DNA of 64,000 bases from Hyalangium minutum. GTDB taxonomy: Bacteria; Myxococcota; Myxococcia; Myxococcales; Myxococcaceae. Below, in pieces: positions 32,833 through 41,461 of the stretch. Location of the stretch: NCBI RefSeq assembly GCF_000737315.1, contig NZ_JMCB01000003.1, forward strand, positions 1,054,001 through 1,118,000, written 5' to 3'. The number at the start of each line of letters is the position of its first letter. Within the stretch, counting starts at the first letter, position 1. Made by a program: the position numbers and the translations under genes. Below the pieces are notes generated by a model. The model saw only the letters and a list, made by a program, of their open reading frames with translations. It made no database searches and had not been told where the DNA came from.

Positions 32833-33100
32833 CTACTGCGTCCAGAAGATGGACGAGGTGCGATCATTCATCGCGTCCCCGACGTAGGGGCCCCCCCGCC
32901 GCAGTCGCCCAAGGGCCCTCCCACCGCCGGGCCGTTCGGGTAGTCGTAGTGGTACGAGTGATTGCACCCGGCGAAGGACTTCGACGCGGTGATGACGGAG
33001 CTCCAGAACGAGGGCAGGTTTGTGAAGTAGCTGCCGCACCCGCCCATTGGGCGTCGTACCGGCTGAAAGTGCTCGGCGTGAAGAAGCCCCAGTAACCCCC
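32833..33100 (-). pseudogene. Frameshifted remnant of a small beta/gamma-crystallin-like (inhibitor I36-like) protein
   Basis: GGCGSYFTNLPSFWSSVITASKSFAGCNHSYHYDYPN...DCGGG shifts at a G7 run into PYVGDAMNDRTSSIFWTQ-stop. Confidence 0.5.
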
Positions 33101-33104
33101 TTGG

Positions 33105-34262
33105 CTATGTCATGTACGAGATTTCGGGGGAGGCATTGGTGCGCACGGAATTGGTTTCCTCCGCCTCGTCGGCCAGATGCGCCATCCCTGCATGAAACGG
33201 AATCAGCGCGGCGAGTTCTTGTGCGTACTGCGTCGCAAACCGCTTGAAGGTACCTTCAATGCTGCCCGGCACCAGTGTGAGACGCTCCACCTCTGCGGGC
33301 ACTGTCTTGCCGGTCCTGTCGACGAAGTGCAGATTGACGTCGGGATAGTGCGCCGCAAGCGCCGTATTGAAGGCCCGTAGCACCCGGCGGCAGTAGGAGC
33401 AGGGGCGCTTGGTGCCGATAACCACCATTCGTGTCAGCGCCTCTCCATTCTTCAGCTTTTGTGCCAACACCCCAAGTAGGGCCTGCTCCGCATGGAGGGT
33501 CCCCTGAATGGTCTGGATGTCGGCCTTTCTGTAAATCTTCTCCCGCTTCTTGTTGTGCCAGAAGTCGAAGTTGGGAGGGTAGTATTTGCTGAGGGGGTAG
33601 AGGCCCTGGCCTGCCCTGTAGTTGGCCGCGAAGTACAGGGCCCCGTTGAGGATGGTGGCCTGGACCTCCATGATGTCCTCTTCCTTGTTGGCGCGGTCGT
33701 AGACGAATTTGGAGGCGACCTTGAGGAAGGTCGCCTCGGAGAGAGCCTCTCCTTCGGGCTGTAGCTGAACCAGGGCCCCAGCGGGCACTGGCTGCCAAAG
33801 CGTGTCATGCATCGCTGCCACGGACAGAGGTGCCTCCTCCAGGCGCGAGTCCAGGAGATGCCCGCCGCGCACCAGTCTCGCGGCCGCCCGCCGCCCCATG
33901 CTGTCCGCCTCGGCCTCGAGCGCCGCATCCTGGAGCACCACCCCGCTGCGGCCCCAGCGGCCGCGCGCCCGCCCCGTGCGCTGCTGGAGCACATGCGTGA
34001 GCTCATGCCCCAGTAACTCCAGGCCGCGCCCCGTCCGAGCCGAGTACTCACCGGGCGCGAAGTGGATGTCGGAGCCAAGGGTGAAGGCCCGCGCCCCCAG
34101 GGCACTGACGTGGGGCCCCACAAGGATGCGCACGTCAGAGAAGTCCGCATCAAAGAACTGCTCCATGGAGCGGCGCACGGACGGAGGCAGTGGCCTCCCC
34201 CCCGTGGGCAGCAGGAGGTCCTCGGCCAGGGCCGTCACGTTGCCTGGCCGAGAGGTTTGCAT
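33105..34262 (-). CDS. DUF4157 (eCIS core) domain protein with C-terminal Zn-dependent deaminase-fold toxin domain
   Basis: LP..VR..ME.FF.ADFSDVRI...GARAFT.GSDIHF...LLGHELTHVLQQ...LEAEAD (DUF4157); then HAEQ...KRPCSYC. Confidence 0.85.
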   Translation of the reverse strand: MQTSRPGNVTALAEDLLLPTGGRPLPPSVRRSMEQFFDADFSDVRILVGPHVSALGARAFTLGSDIHFAPGEYSARTGRGLELLGHELTHVLQQRTGRARGRWGRSGVVLQDAALEAEADSMGRRAAARLVRGGHLLDSRLEEAPLSVAAMHDTLWQPVPAGALVQLQPEGEALSEATFLKVASKFVYDRANKEEDIMEVQATILNGALYFAANYRAGQGLYPLSKYYPPNFDFWHNKKREKIYRKADIQTIQGTLHAEQALLGVLAQKLKNGEALTRMVVIGTKRPCSYCRRVLRAFNTALAAHYPDVNLHFVDRTGKTVPAEVERLTLVPGSIEGTFKRFATQYAQELAALIPFHAGMAHLADEAEETNSVRTNASPEISYMT

Positions 34263-34463
34263 CGGTTTGTGGGGATGAGGCACGGCGTACCTCCTGGAGG
34301 AGGCGGTCATCGTACCTGGGGGAAAAGAAGCGACAAGAATCCAGGCTCTGAGCCAGAACACGCCTGTTCGTCGGAGAGCCTCTGTCATCTGGAACGGCTC
34401 CGCCTGCCGGCGTGAGGACCTAGGAGGTTCTGTGTCCTTACCCTACCCCTCACCTCCTCGCTC

Positions 34464-34793
34464 TCAGGGAAGCAACTGGATGTCGTCGACGTAGAGCGAG
34501 CCCTGGTCTCCGCCCGACTGGTCCTGGAGGTAGAACTCCCGAAGCGTGCCAGTGCTCACACCGAGGGCGCTGAACGGGATGACGATCCGCTGCCAGGTGC
34601 CCGGAGTGATGGCGTGGCCCAGGGCGCCACGTCCAGACGGCGCTCTCCGAGCACATTCGAGCCATCGGTGAGCAGCACTCGCGCGATCTGCCCGCCGTTA
34701 CGGATGCCCTCGGTGCCAAGGTAGTAGGTCGCGGGGATGCCGCGTGCGTTGAGCGCCGGGCGCGCCGCAGTGAACTGCGAGGGCCAGCCGTCA
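34464..34793 (-). pseudogene. Collapsed remnant: polysaccharide deacetylase N-terminus joined to a carbohydrate-binding-module C-terminus, with frameshift
   Basis: DGWPSQFTAARPALNARGIPATYYL, then after a 1-nt shift LGHAITPGTWQRIVIPFSALG...QDQSGGDQGSLYVDDIQLLP-stop. Confidence 0.6.
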
Positions 34794-34816
34794 CTCCTTG
34801 AGCTCCGCAGCAGGGG

Positions 34817-35650
34817 TCATCGCACGATAGCGGTCTCCGTGATCATCTTGGCGATCCATTGCATGTAGTAATGCGTGCTCGTATACGTTGACGTCCCTCC
34901 GATGCTCACACTCGAGAGGATACCCACGAGCTGATTCTCACGAAAGCAACCTCCCCCGCTATCGCCACATGCTGCTAAAGCTTGACTCTGATCGGAGATT
35001 TGAAACACCTGTCCACCTTCTCCCGTATCAGAGACCGTATTGTTGCCGAAGCGGCGGGTTGGAACGGTGTCCCGATAGGCGCACTGCCCCTTGCCATCGA
35101 CCTGATCCACACCGAAACCCGTGACAGTGATGCTGGCGCCTGGGCTAACTCCGCCTGGATACAGTGAAGCGGAGGAAATGGCCTGTGCCACCGCTTGAGT
35201 AAGCCGAATCACTGCCAGATCCGCATTCGCTGATACAATCTTCTCCTGGCCATCCATCACCCTGAGCACGATCTTGAAATCGGGGTGAGGCAGCACATCG
35301 CCCTCGTACGCCTTGAAATCGCCTGGCTTGTTTGGCTCCGAGGAAGAGTAGACCGCCGTTTGAATGAAGGCCCGCTTCAAACAGGACTTGAGGTCTCTGA
35401 TCTTCGCGTCTCTATCCCAGCGGGCATTTCTGCACACACAGTGAGCTGCAGTCAGGATCAGCCTTGGATGGAGCAGCACTCCACTGCAGTACGGTCTGTT
35501 GTCCCCGTTTTTCGTGAGCGCAACCACCGATGAGTACGTGTTGCTGGCATCCCAGATACCGGGTGGCAGAACTGCAAGAACTTCGTCGCGCCGGGTTCGC
35601 GGAGCAGCCGCAGGTTGCTGCGTGGCACAACCACCGCACACGCTCACCAT
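34817..35650 (-). CDS. Trypsin-like (S1) serine protease, probable lipoprotein; likely true start 35698 interrupted by TGA at codon 5
   Basis: YCSGVLLHPRLILTAAHC, ADLAVI, CGDSGGGC (complete His-Asp-Ser triad). Confidence 0.85.
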   Translation of the reverse strand: MVSVCGGCATQQPAAAPRTRRDEVLAVLPPGIWDASNTYSSVVALTKNGDNRPYCSGVLLHPRLILTAAHCVCRNARWDRDAKIRDLKSCLKRAFIQTAVYSSSEPNKPGDFKAYEGDVLPHPDFKIVLRVMDGQEKIVSANADLAVIRLTQAVAQAISSASLYPGGVSPGASITVTGFGVDQVDGKGQCAYRDTVPTRRFGNNTVSDTGEGGQVFQISDQSQALAACGDSGGGCFRENQLVGILSSVSIGGTSTYTSTHYYMQWIAKMITETAIVR

Positions 35651-35713
35651 CAGGGCCGTCCATAGCCACCGCGCAGGCCAAACTCAAGGGATTGCCATGT
35701 GATCCTCGCAGCA

Positions 35714-36703
35714 TTACTTCATGCCACCGTCCATGCGCGGTGGGATGGTGATTGACTTCTGGATTTGAACGTTGAGCCACTCGCGATACAGGTGGACGCT
35801 CGTGCATCCCGGCATAGGCCCTGCCCCCTTACCGGATAAGCCGACGAGAGACATCCCCGTCTTGTCTTGGCGCAAGCACAGTTCTCCACTGCCCATGGTC
35901 AACGGTTCGCCATGCGGGGCAAGCACCATTTCATCAGCACCTCCAGCGGGGAGTCTTTTGACTTCCTTTTGGCCTGAACGCCTGACCCCATGAATGAAAT
36001 CGGTAGCCGCATCAAGACCGTATCCCGCGACACGGATGACTTCCCCCAATTTGACCTCAGAGTCCGCGAGGCGAACGGACATGGACGGATCTTCCACGGG
36101 GCTGTCCAAAAGAGCAACGGCGAGATCCGCATGACTGGAGAGGACAAGCGGCTGGGCATCCAAGAGGATTTTCAAAGCAGGGTGGACGCTCACCTGGGCG
36201 CGATACGTCTGGGCTCGAAATCCTGGAGGACCGTCGGAGCTTTCCGCTCGCGGAAAATAGGTGATCGTTGTCACCTCCATCTCTTCCGCACACGCCACCC
36301 CATCAATCACAAGCTGGGCATCACTTCCTGGCTCCACGAGTGAATGCCGCGGGCACACACAATGGCCAGCGGTCAGGACCACTCTTGGGCTGATAAGCAC
36401 GCCAGTGCACTTGAATGTTTCCCCTCCGTTCACAGAGGCCGCCACCATGGTGGCAAATGCGAATTGATTCTCCAGGTCCTCCACGCCATCGGAGAGGTCA
36501 ATCCGATCGTCAACAGGCAACACCTCACCCTCACGCAAGTTGGGCGATGAGGCATTCCCTCCATCCACACCGGATGGGCCTGCCCCTGCATCGGCGGCAA
36601 GTCTGGAGGCGGTGGAGCGCGAGGCGCATCTGCCGTAGGCGAAAAGCCCTCCCACGCAGAGAGTTGCGAACACAATCGCCTTCCAAGTTCCGCGCATGCC
36701 CAT
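35714..36703 (-). CDS. Trypsin-like protease homologue with degenerate Ser motif and N-terminal membrane anchor
   Basis: CTGVLISPRVVLTAGHC and ADLAVA present; GDSGG replaced by MGSGE. Confidence 0.8.
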   Translation of the reverse strand: MGMRGTWKAIVFATLCVGGLFAYGRCASRSTASRLAADAGAGPSGVDGGNASSPNLREGEVLPVDDRIDLSDGVEDLENQFAFATMVAASVNGGETFKCTGVLISPRVVLTAGHCVCPRHSLVEPGSDAQLVIDGVACAEEMEVTTITYFPRAESSDGPPGFRAQTYRAQVSVHPALKILLDAQPLVLSSHADLAVALLDSPVEDPSMSVRLADSEVKLGEVIRVAGYGLDAATDFIHGVRRSGQKEVKRLPAGGADEMVLAPHGEPLTMGSGELCLRQDKTGMSLVGLSGKGAGPMPGCTSVHLYREWLNVQIQKSITIPPRMDGGMK

Positions 36704-36707
36704 GGCT

Positions 36708-37472
36708 TCAGCTTTCTTCCCGAGACACCACGTCCCGCGAGAAGGACTCCCCGGGCACCTGCACGGCATGGAGCTGCTCGCGCAGCGAGCCCAACAGCTC
36801 AGGCGGATCTCCCTGGCGGAAAGCGGCGAGCCCGGCCTCGAAGTCGGCGCGCGCTCCTGCGGTGTCCCCCTGCCGGGCGCGCAGCACTCCTCGGTCCCGT
36901 AGCAGCTCTGGGTCCACCGGCTCGTCCTGATACGTGGCCAGCGCGTCGGTGAGATCCTGGATGGCCTCCGTCAGCTTTCCGAGCTGGGCCCGTGCCTGGG
37001 CGCGCTGCTGCAGGAGCCACGGGTTCCCCGGATCCTCGTCCAGCGCCTGCGTCCAGTCGCGCTCAGCCTCGGCGTGGCGACCAAGTGCTCGCAGGGACTC
37101 GGCGCGCTTCGCGTAGAGGATGACCAGCTTGCGGTGTCCCACGGCCTCCACCGTGTTGAAGTCGGCCACCGCCTCCTCGTGTCGGCCCACCCTTGCGAGC
37201 GTCAGGGCCCGGTGCAGCCGCGTGGTGAGGTGCCCCGGCGCCAGATCCAGGACACGGTCGAACCACTGGAGCGCCTCGGCGGGAGCACGACCCCAGACGG
37301 CGAGCGTCAGCCCCGCCTCCAGCAGCACTCGCACCTGTGTGGGGTGGGCCTCGGCCAGTTCCCGGATCCGCGCCAGCGCTTGCTCATAGCGCCCGGTGCG
37401 CCGCAGGCGATCCACCTCGCGCAGCGGCGCCCCCAGCTCCGGCAGCCACCGTGTGCGTCCCTTGTGCTCCAT
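36708..37472 (-). CDS. Tetratricopeptide repeat protein
   Basis: Multiple RA......G....A..D...AL...P helical repeats. Confidence 0.88.
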   Translation of the reverse strand: MEHKGRTRWLPELGAPLREVDRLRRTGRYEQALARIRELAEAHPTQVRVLLEAGLTLAVWGRAPAEALQWFDRVLDLAPGHLTTRLHRALTLARVGRHEEAVADFNTVEAVGHRKLVILYAKRAESLRALGRHAEAERDWTQALDEDPGNPWLLQQRAQARAQLGKLTEAIQDLTDALATYQDEPVDPELLRDRGVLRARQGDTAGARADFEAGLAAFRQGDPPELLGSLREQLHAVQVPGESFSRDVVSREES

Positions 37473-37538
37473 CCCTCGCCTTCCTCCGTCAGCAGCATCC
37501 TGACGGGTGAGCGGCCCCAGGGGAAGCCAGCTCCACGC

Positions 37539-39107
37539 CTACGAGCTGCACGAGAGCGCCGAGCACCCTGCCTTGAACCGCGCCCAATCCGGACGCTTCT
37601 GCGCGTACTTCTCACGTCCAGGTTGCTCGTCGAACGGCCGCCGCATCACGTCCAGCAGCGCGAGCACCCCCGAGTCATCCCCCGCATGCGCCGCATCGAT
37701 GGCCTCCTGGGCCAACCAGTTGCGCAGGACGTACTTTGGGTTCACCGCGTTCATGCGCTGCGCCAGCTCCGCCGGAGGTGCCTCCGCCCGCCGCGTGCGG
37801 TGCCACCAGGCCTGGAGCCACTCGATGCCCTTCGCCACGTGGGCCTCGGGCACCTCGCCGTAGAAGGTCTCGCGTACCACCGGAGGCAGCCCAGTGGGCG
37901 CCGTCTCCGCCGTCACGACCGAAGAGAGCCCCCGGAAGAACCGGGTCATGTCCGTCTCCTGCGCCGCTAGCCACGCGAACCCGTTGTTCACCAACGCCAG
38001 ATCCTCCTCGCTCCGGAGCGAGGACAGCCCGAGCTTCGCCGCGAAGCGCCGCGTTGCCTCCTCCTCGAAGGTACGCTGGTACTCGAGCAGCCCCGCCGTG
38101 AGCAGGTTCTCGTCATCCTCGAAGAGCGGCAGCAGCGCGACGCCCAGGCACTGGACGTTCCACAGTCCTATCGTCGGCTGGTTACCGAACCGGTAGCGGC
38201 GCTGCTCCGCATCGGTCGTGTTCGGCGTCCACCCTGGATTGAAGTCGTCGGTCCAGCCGTAGGGGCCGTAGTCGAGCGTCAACCCGAGGATCGACATGTT
38301 GTCGGTGTTCATCACGCCGTGCACGAATCCCACCGCCTGCCAGTGGGCAATGAGCTTCGCCGTGCGCCGCGCCACTTCGTGGAAGAAGGCCGCGTACGTC
38401 TCCTTGGACGGCTTGCCGAGTTCCGAGAAGAAGTGCGTCAGCGTGAAGTCCGCCAACTGCTTCAGCAGCGCCACGTCCCCCCGGCTGCTGCACAGCTCGA
38501 AGTTACCGAACCGGAGGAAGGTCGGCGCGACCCGGCAGACGATGGCGCCTGGCTCGGGCTCGGGGTTGCCGTCGTAGAACATGTCCCGGATGACCGAGTC
38601 CCCCGTCGCCACCAACGACAGCGCCCGGGTGGTGGGCACGCCGAGGTGGTGCATCGCCTCGCTGCACAGGAACTCACGAATGGACGAGCGCAGCACCGCG
38701 CGCCCATCCGCACGGCGCGAGTAGGGCGTGGGCCCCGCGCCCTTGAGCTGCAGCTCGTAGCGCGCCCCATCCGGAGCCACCAGCTCGCCCAGGACGATGG
38801 CGCGGCCGTCCCCAAGCTGCCCCGCCCAATTGCCGAACTGGTGCCCCCCGTAGTTCGCGGCATACGGCACCATCCCTGGCCAGAGCGCGTTGCCCGCCAG
38901 CACCTGCACCGCCTCGGGGGAGCGCAGGGTCGCCTCGTCCAGCCCGAGCTGCTGCGCCACCTCGGGAGACCAAGCGATCAGCCTCGGGGCAGGAACAGGC
39001 GTCGGCTCCACCTTCGACCACAGCGCGCCGTGCACCTGGCGCGGACGGCGGTCGATGAGGGGATCGCCGGGAGTTGACTCGAGGAAGCGGGAGCTGAAGG
39101 AAAGCAT
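37539..39107 (-). CDS. selO: Protein adenylyltransferase SelO (YdiU family)
   Basis: YGGHQFGNWAGQLGDGRA, QLKGAGPTPYSRRADGRAVLRSSIRE, HGVMNTDN, DYGPY, NPKYVLRN, C-terminal LSCSS. Confidence 0.96.
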   Translation of the reverse strand: MLSFSSRFLESTPGDPLIDRRPRQVHGALWSKVEPTPVPAPRLIAWSPEVAQQLGLDEATLRSPEAVQVLAGNALWPGMVPYAANYGGHQFGNWAGQLGDGRAIVLGELVAPDGARYELQLKGAGPTPYSRRADGRAVLRSSIREFLCSEAMHHLGVPTTRALSLVATGDSVIRDMFYDGNPEPEPGAIVCRVAPTFLRFGNFELCSSRGDVALLKQLADFTLTHFFSELGKPSKETYAAFFHEVARRTAKLIAHWQAVGFVHGVMNTDNMSILGLTLDYGPYGWTDDFNPGWTPNTTDAEQRRYRFGNQPTIGLWNVQCLGVALLPLFEDDENLLTAGLLEYQRTFEEEATRRFAAKLGLSSLRSEEDLALVNNGFAWLAAQETDMTRFFRGLSSVVTAETAPTGLPPVVRETFYGEVPEAHVAKGIEWLQAWWHRTRRAEAPPAELAQRMNAVNPKYVLRNWLAQEAIDAAHAGDDSGVLALLDVMRRPFDEQPGREKYAQKRPDWARFKAGCSALSCSS

Positions 39108-39303
39108 GTGGACTCAGATGCGCGAGCAGGCCCGGCGATGCGGGCTGAGGCCCCGGGCCTCGGTAGGGATCTGCCGCCCGGACGCTCGCGGGGCAAGCGG
39201 CTTGTTGCGCCTGTGAGCCCGTGTCCGGGAAGTCGCCAGGATTTCCCACGCTGGTATCCTCCCACCCCTGCCCCGCTGGGTTTCGAGGGCTGGTAGGGAG
39301 AGC

Positions 39304-40542
39304 ATGTCTGCGTGCCCGTGCTGCCTGGAACCGCTGAAGCCGGCCCTCATGGGCCTGGGCGGCCGCCGTATCGCGGGCTCGTGCGACATCTGTGGTGACG
39401 CCGTCTGTCAGACGTGCCTACAGGCGGGCACACCGGCGGTCGAGGCGCTCTTCCGCCGCCGGGCTCTCGAGGGCCACCCCGCGCCTCGCTCCTCCCGAGG
39501 CCAGGCCTGCCGCAGCTGTGTCTGGGACGCATTCGAGGCTCGCGGACAGCGCCCGCCCTTCCCCGAGCCCCCAGGCCGGCGCAGGCGAGCGGCCCAGGCG
39601 GCCTGCGGCCACGAGCGGGCCGTGAAATGGATGCAGTGCTGCCCCACCTGCGGCGCCGAGCTGAACTGGGAGGCCGAGCACGGCAACCCCGAGTGCGACG
39701 CGTGCGGTGCGCCCTCGCACCCCGACTTCAACGCCTGCTGGGCCTGCGGCGAGTCCTTCGAGGAGGACAACGCGCCCAGCGACACCGCCGAGGGCTATGT
39801 GCTCGCCTTCGATTGCAGCTCGCGCAAGTGCGAGGGCCGCGTGGCGTGGCTCATGCCGTTCTGCCCGTGGTGCGCCACGGCCCAGCGCTGGCAACCCTCC
39901 GAAGAGGCGGATGCCCCCACGTGCGTAGCGTGCGAGGCCCGGCTCGATCCCACCTGGGCCTTCTGCGTGTCCTGCGGCGAGGAGGCCCCGCTGCCCGAGG
40001 ACTGCTTCACGTGCGGCGCCTTGCTCGAGCAGGCAGAGGGCGCCGCGCGCTGCGAGCACTGTCAGCGGATCGTCTGTGACGCGTGCTTCGGCGACTACAC
40101 CCTGCCCGAGCCACGCGCCGGACAGCCTGGAGCGAGGGGCAGCACCGCCAGCGCTCGGGAGCTGTTGCTCTGCACGCCGTGCGCGGAGGAGCTCGGGGCC
40201 TCTCCCGTGGAGGAAGAAGCCCCGGCGGAGCCAGAGCCGGAGGCACCTGAGGAGCCGGAGGCCGACGAAGAGCCAGAGGCCGCTGAGGAGCCGAAGGCTG
40301 CTGAGGAGCCCCCTACGGCGAGAGCGGCGCCCGCCAGCAGTCCCTGGGAGGTGCTCGGCGTGGCTCCGGGCACGCCCCTCGCCGAGGTGAAGCGGGCCTA
40401 CCTCCAGCTCATCACCCAGTACCACCCGGACAAGGTGGCGCAGCTGGGGCCCAAGCTCCAGGCGTTGGCGGCGGAGGAGACCCGCCGGCTCAACCATGCG
40501 TGGAGCGAGCTCCGGCAACGCGCGGGCTCCGGCTCCCATTAA
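39304..40542 (+). CDS. Multi-zinc-ribbon protein with C-terminal DnaJ-like domain
   Basis: About 15 CxxC-type pairs, Glu/Pro linker, then PWEVLGV...EVKRAY...YHPDK. Confidence 0.85.
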   Translation: MSACPCCLEPLKPALMGLGGRRIAGSCDICGDAVCQTCLQAGTPAVEALFRRRALEGHPAPRSSRGQACRSCVWDAFEARGQRPPFPEPPGRRRRAAQAACGHERAVKWMQCCPTCGAELNWEAEHGNPECDACGAPSHPDFNACWACGESFEEDNAPSDTAEGYVLAFDCSSRKCEGRVAWLMPFCPWCATAQRWQPSEEADAPTCVACEARLDPTWAFCVSCGEEAPLPEDCFTCGALLEQAEGAARCEHCQRIVCDACFGDYTLPEPRAGQPGARGSTASARELLLCTPCAEELGASPVEEEAPAEPEPEAPEEPEADEEPEAAEEPKAAEEPPTARAAPASSPWEVLGVAPGTPLAEVKRAYLQLITQYHPDKVAQLGPKLQALAAEETRRLNHAWSELRQRAGSGSH

Positions 40543-40592
40543 TCCCGCCCCTCCACTCGCAGTGAAGGCAGACTTCGGATGAGATAGGCCCC

Positions 40593-41429
40593 ATGTGGCG
40601 CTTCGTCCTCGCAGTGGCCTTGGTTCTCGCGTGCGTACTGCCTTCCTCTGCCTGGGCGTGCAGCTGCGCGCCGGGAGGGCAGGTCTTCCCCAAGGAAGGC
40701 ACCCTCCCCCCCAACGTCACCTTCTACGCGGCGAAGGGCCACTACCGGCAGTGGGTGCTCCGGGAGAACCCCGGTGACGAGAGGGTGCCCTTGCAGGTGG
40801 TGGAGGTCGGCGACGACATCCTGCGGATCAGCCCGAGCACCCCGCTCGAGAACGGGAAGCGGTACACGCTGGAGGTGGATCCCAAGCTCACGAAGGGCTC
40901 AGGCTACAGGCCGGAGCCCGCGGCGGTCTTCGAGGTCCAGGGAGAGCCCGACACCCAGCCACCCCGCCCTCCCAGCTCAGTGGACGTCGACTACGAGCAC
41001 GGCATCGTCAACCGGTGGAGCAGCTGCGAGTCCGAGGAGGAGGGCTACACCGTCAGCACCGAGGGGGCCTCCGATGACCGAGTCCCCGCCGGGAAGCTGG
41101 CCACCGTCGTGGTCCCCGAGAACGACCCCGAGCGCATCCTGGCGCTGTTGCCTCCCGGCAAGGACTTCATCGGGCACACCACGTGCTTCTACAACTTCGA
41201 CATCGACAAGGCCCGAGGGACACGGGTGACGCTGCGAAGCGTGGACACCGCGGGCAACCTGTCAGCACCCTCGCCCGCGATCAAGCTCGCGCAGGGAACA
41301 CCGCTCTGGATCGCCACGCTGCTGCAGATCCTGCGCCACAAGGCTGTGCTCGCCGTCATCGTGCTAGGAGCGATCGGGGCGATCCTGTTCGTGGTCAGAC
41401 GGGCCCCTCGCGAGGCGCGTCCCCAGTAG
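40593..41429 (+). CDS. Exported protein with C-terminal membrane anchor
   Basis: Signal peptide ending SAWA, mature N-terminus CSC, beta-rich body, C-terminal TM followed by RR. Confidence 0.75.
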   Translation: MWRFVLAVALVLACVLPSSAWACSCAPGGQVFPKEGTLPPNVTFYAAKGHYRQWVLRENPGDERVPLQVVEVGDDILRISPSTPLENGKRYTLEVDPKLTKGSGYRPEPAAVFEVQGEPDTQPPRPPSSVDVDYEHGIVNRWSSCESEEEGYTVSTEGASDDRVPAGKLATVVVPENDPERILALLPPGKDFIGHTTCFYNFDIDKARGTRVTLRSVDTAGNLSAPSPAIKLAQGTPLWIATLLQILRHKAVLAVIVLGAIGAILFVVRRAPREARPQ

Positions 41430-41461
41430 TCCATCATTGACGCAGGAGAAGCGCGCTCGGC

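Noticed and set aside
32833-33039. 68-aa ORF as the immunity protein of the deaminase
   Set aside because: Only its last ~17 codons look coding; the rest is an off-frame read of a frameshifted remnant.
37539-37570. Possible selenocysteine in SelO C-terminus
   Set aside because: Reads TGC (Cys) in CSALSCSS followed by TAG; no in-frame TGA.
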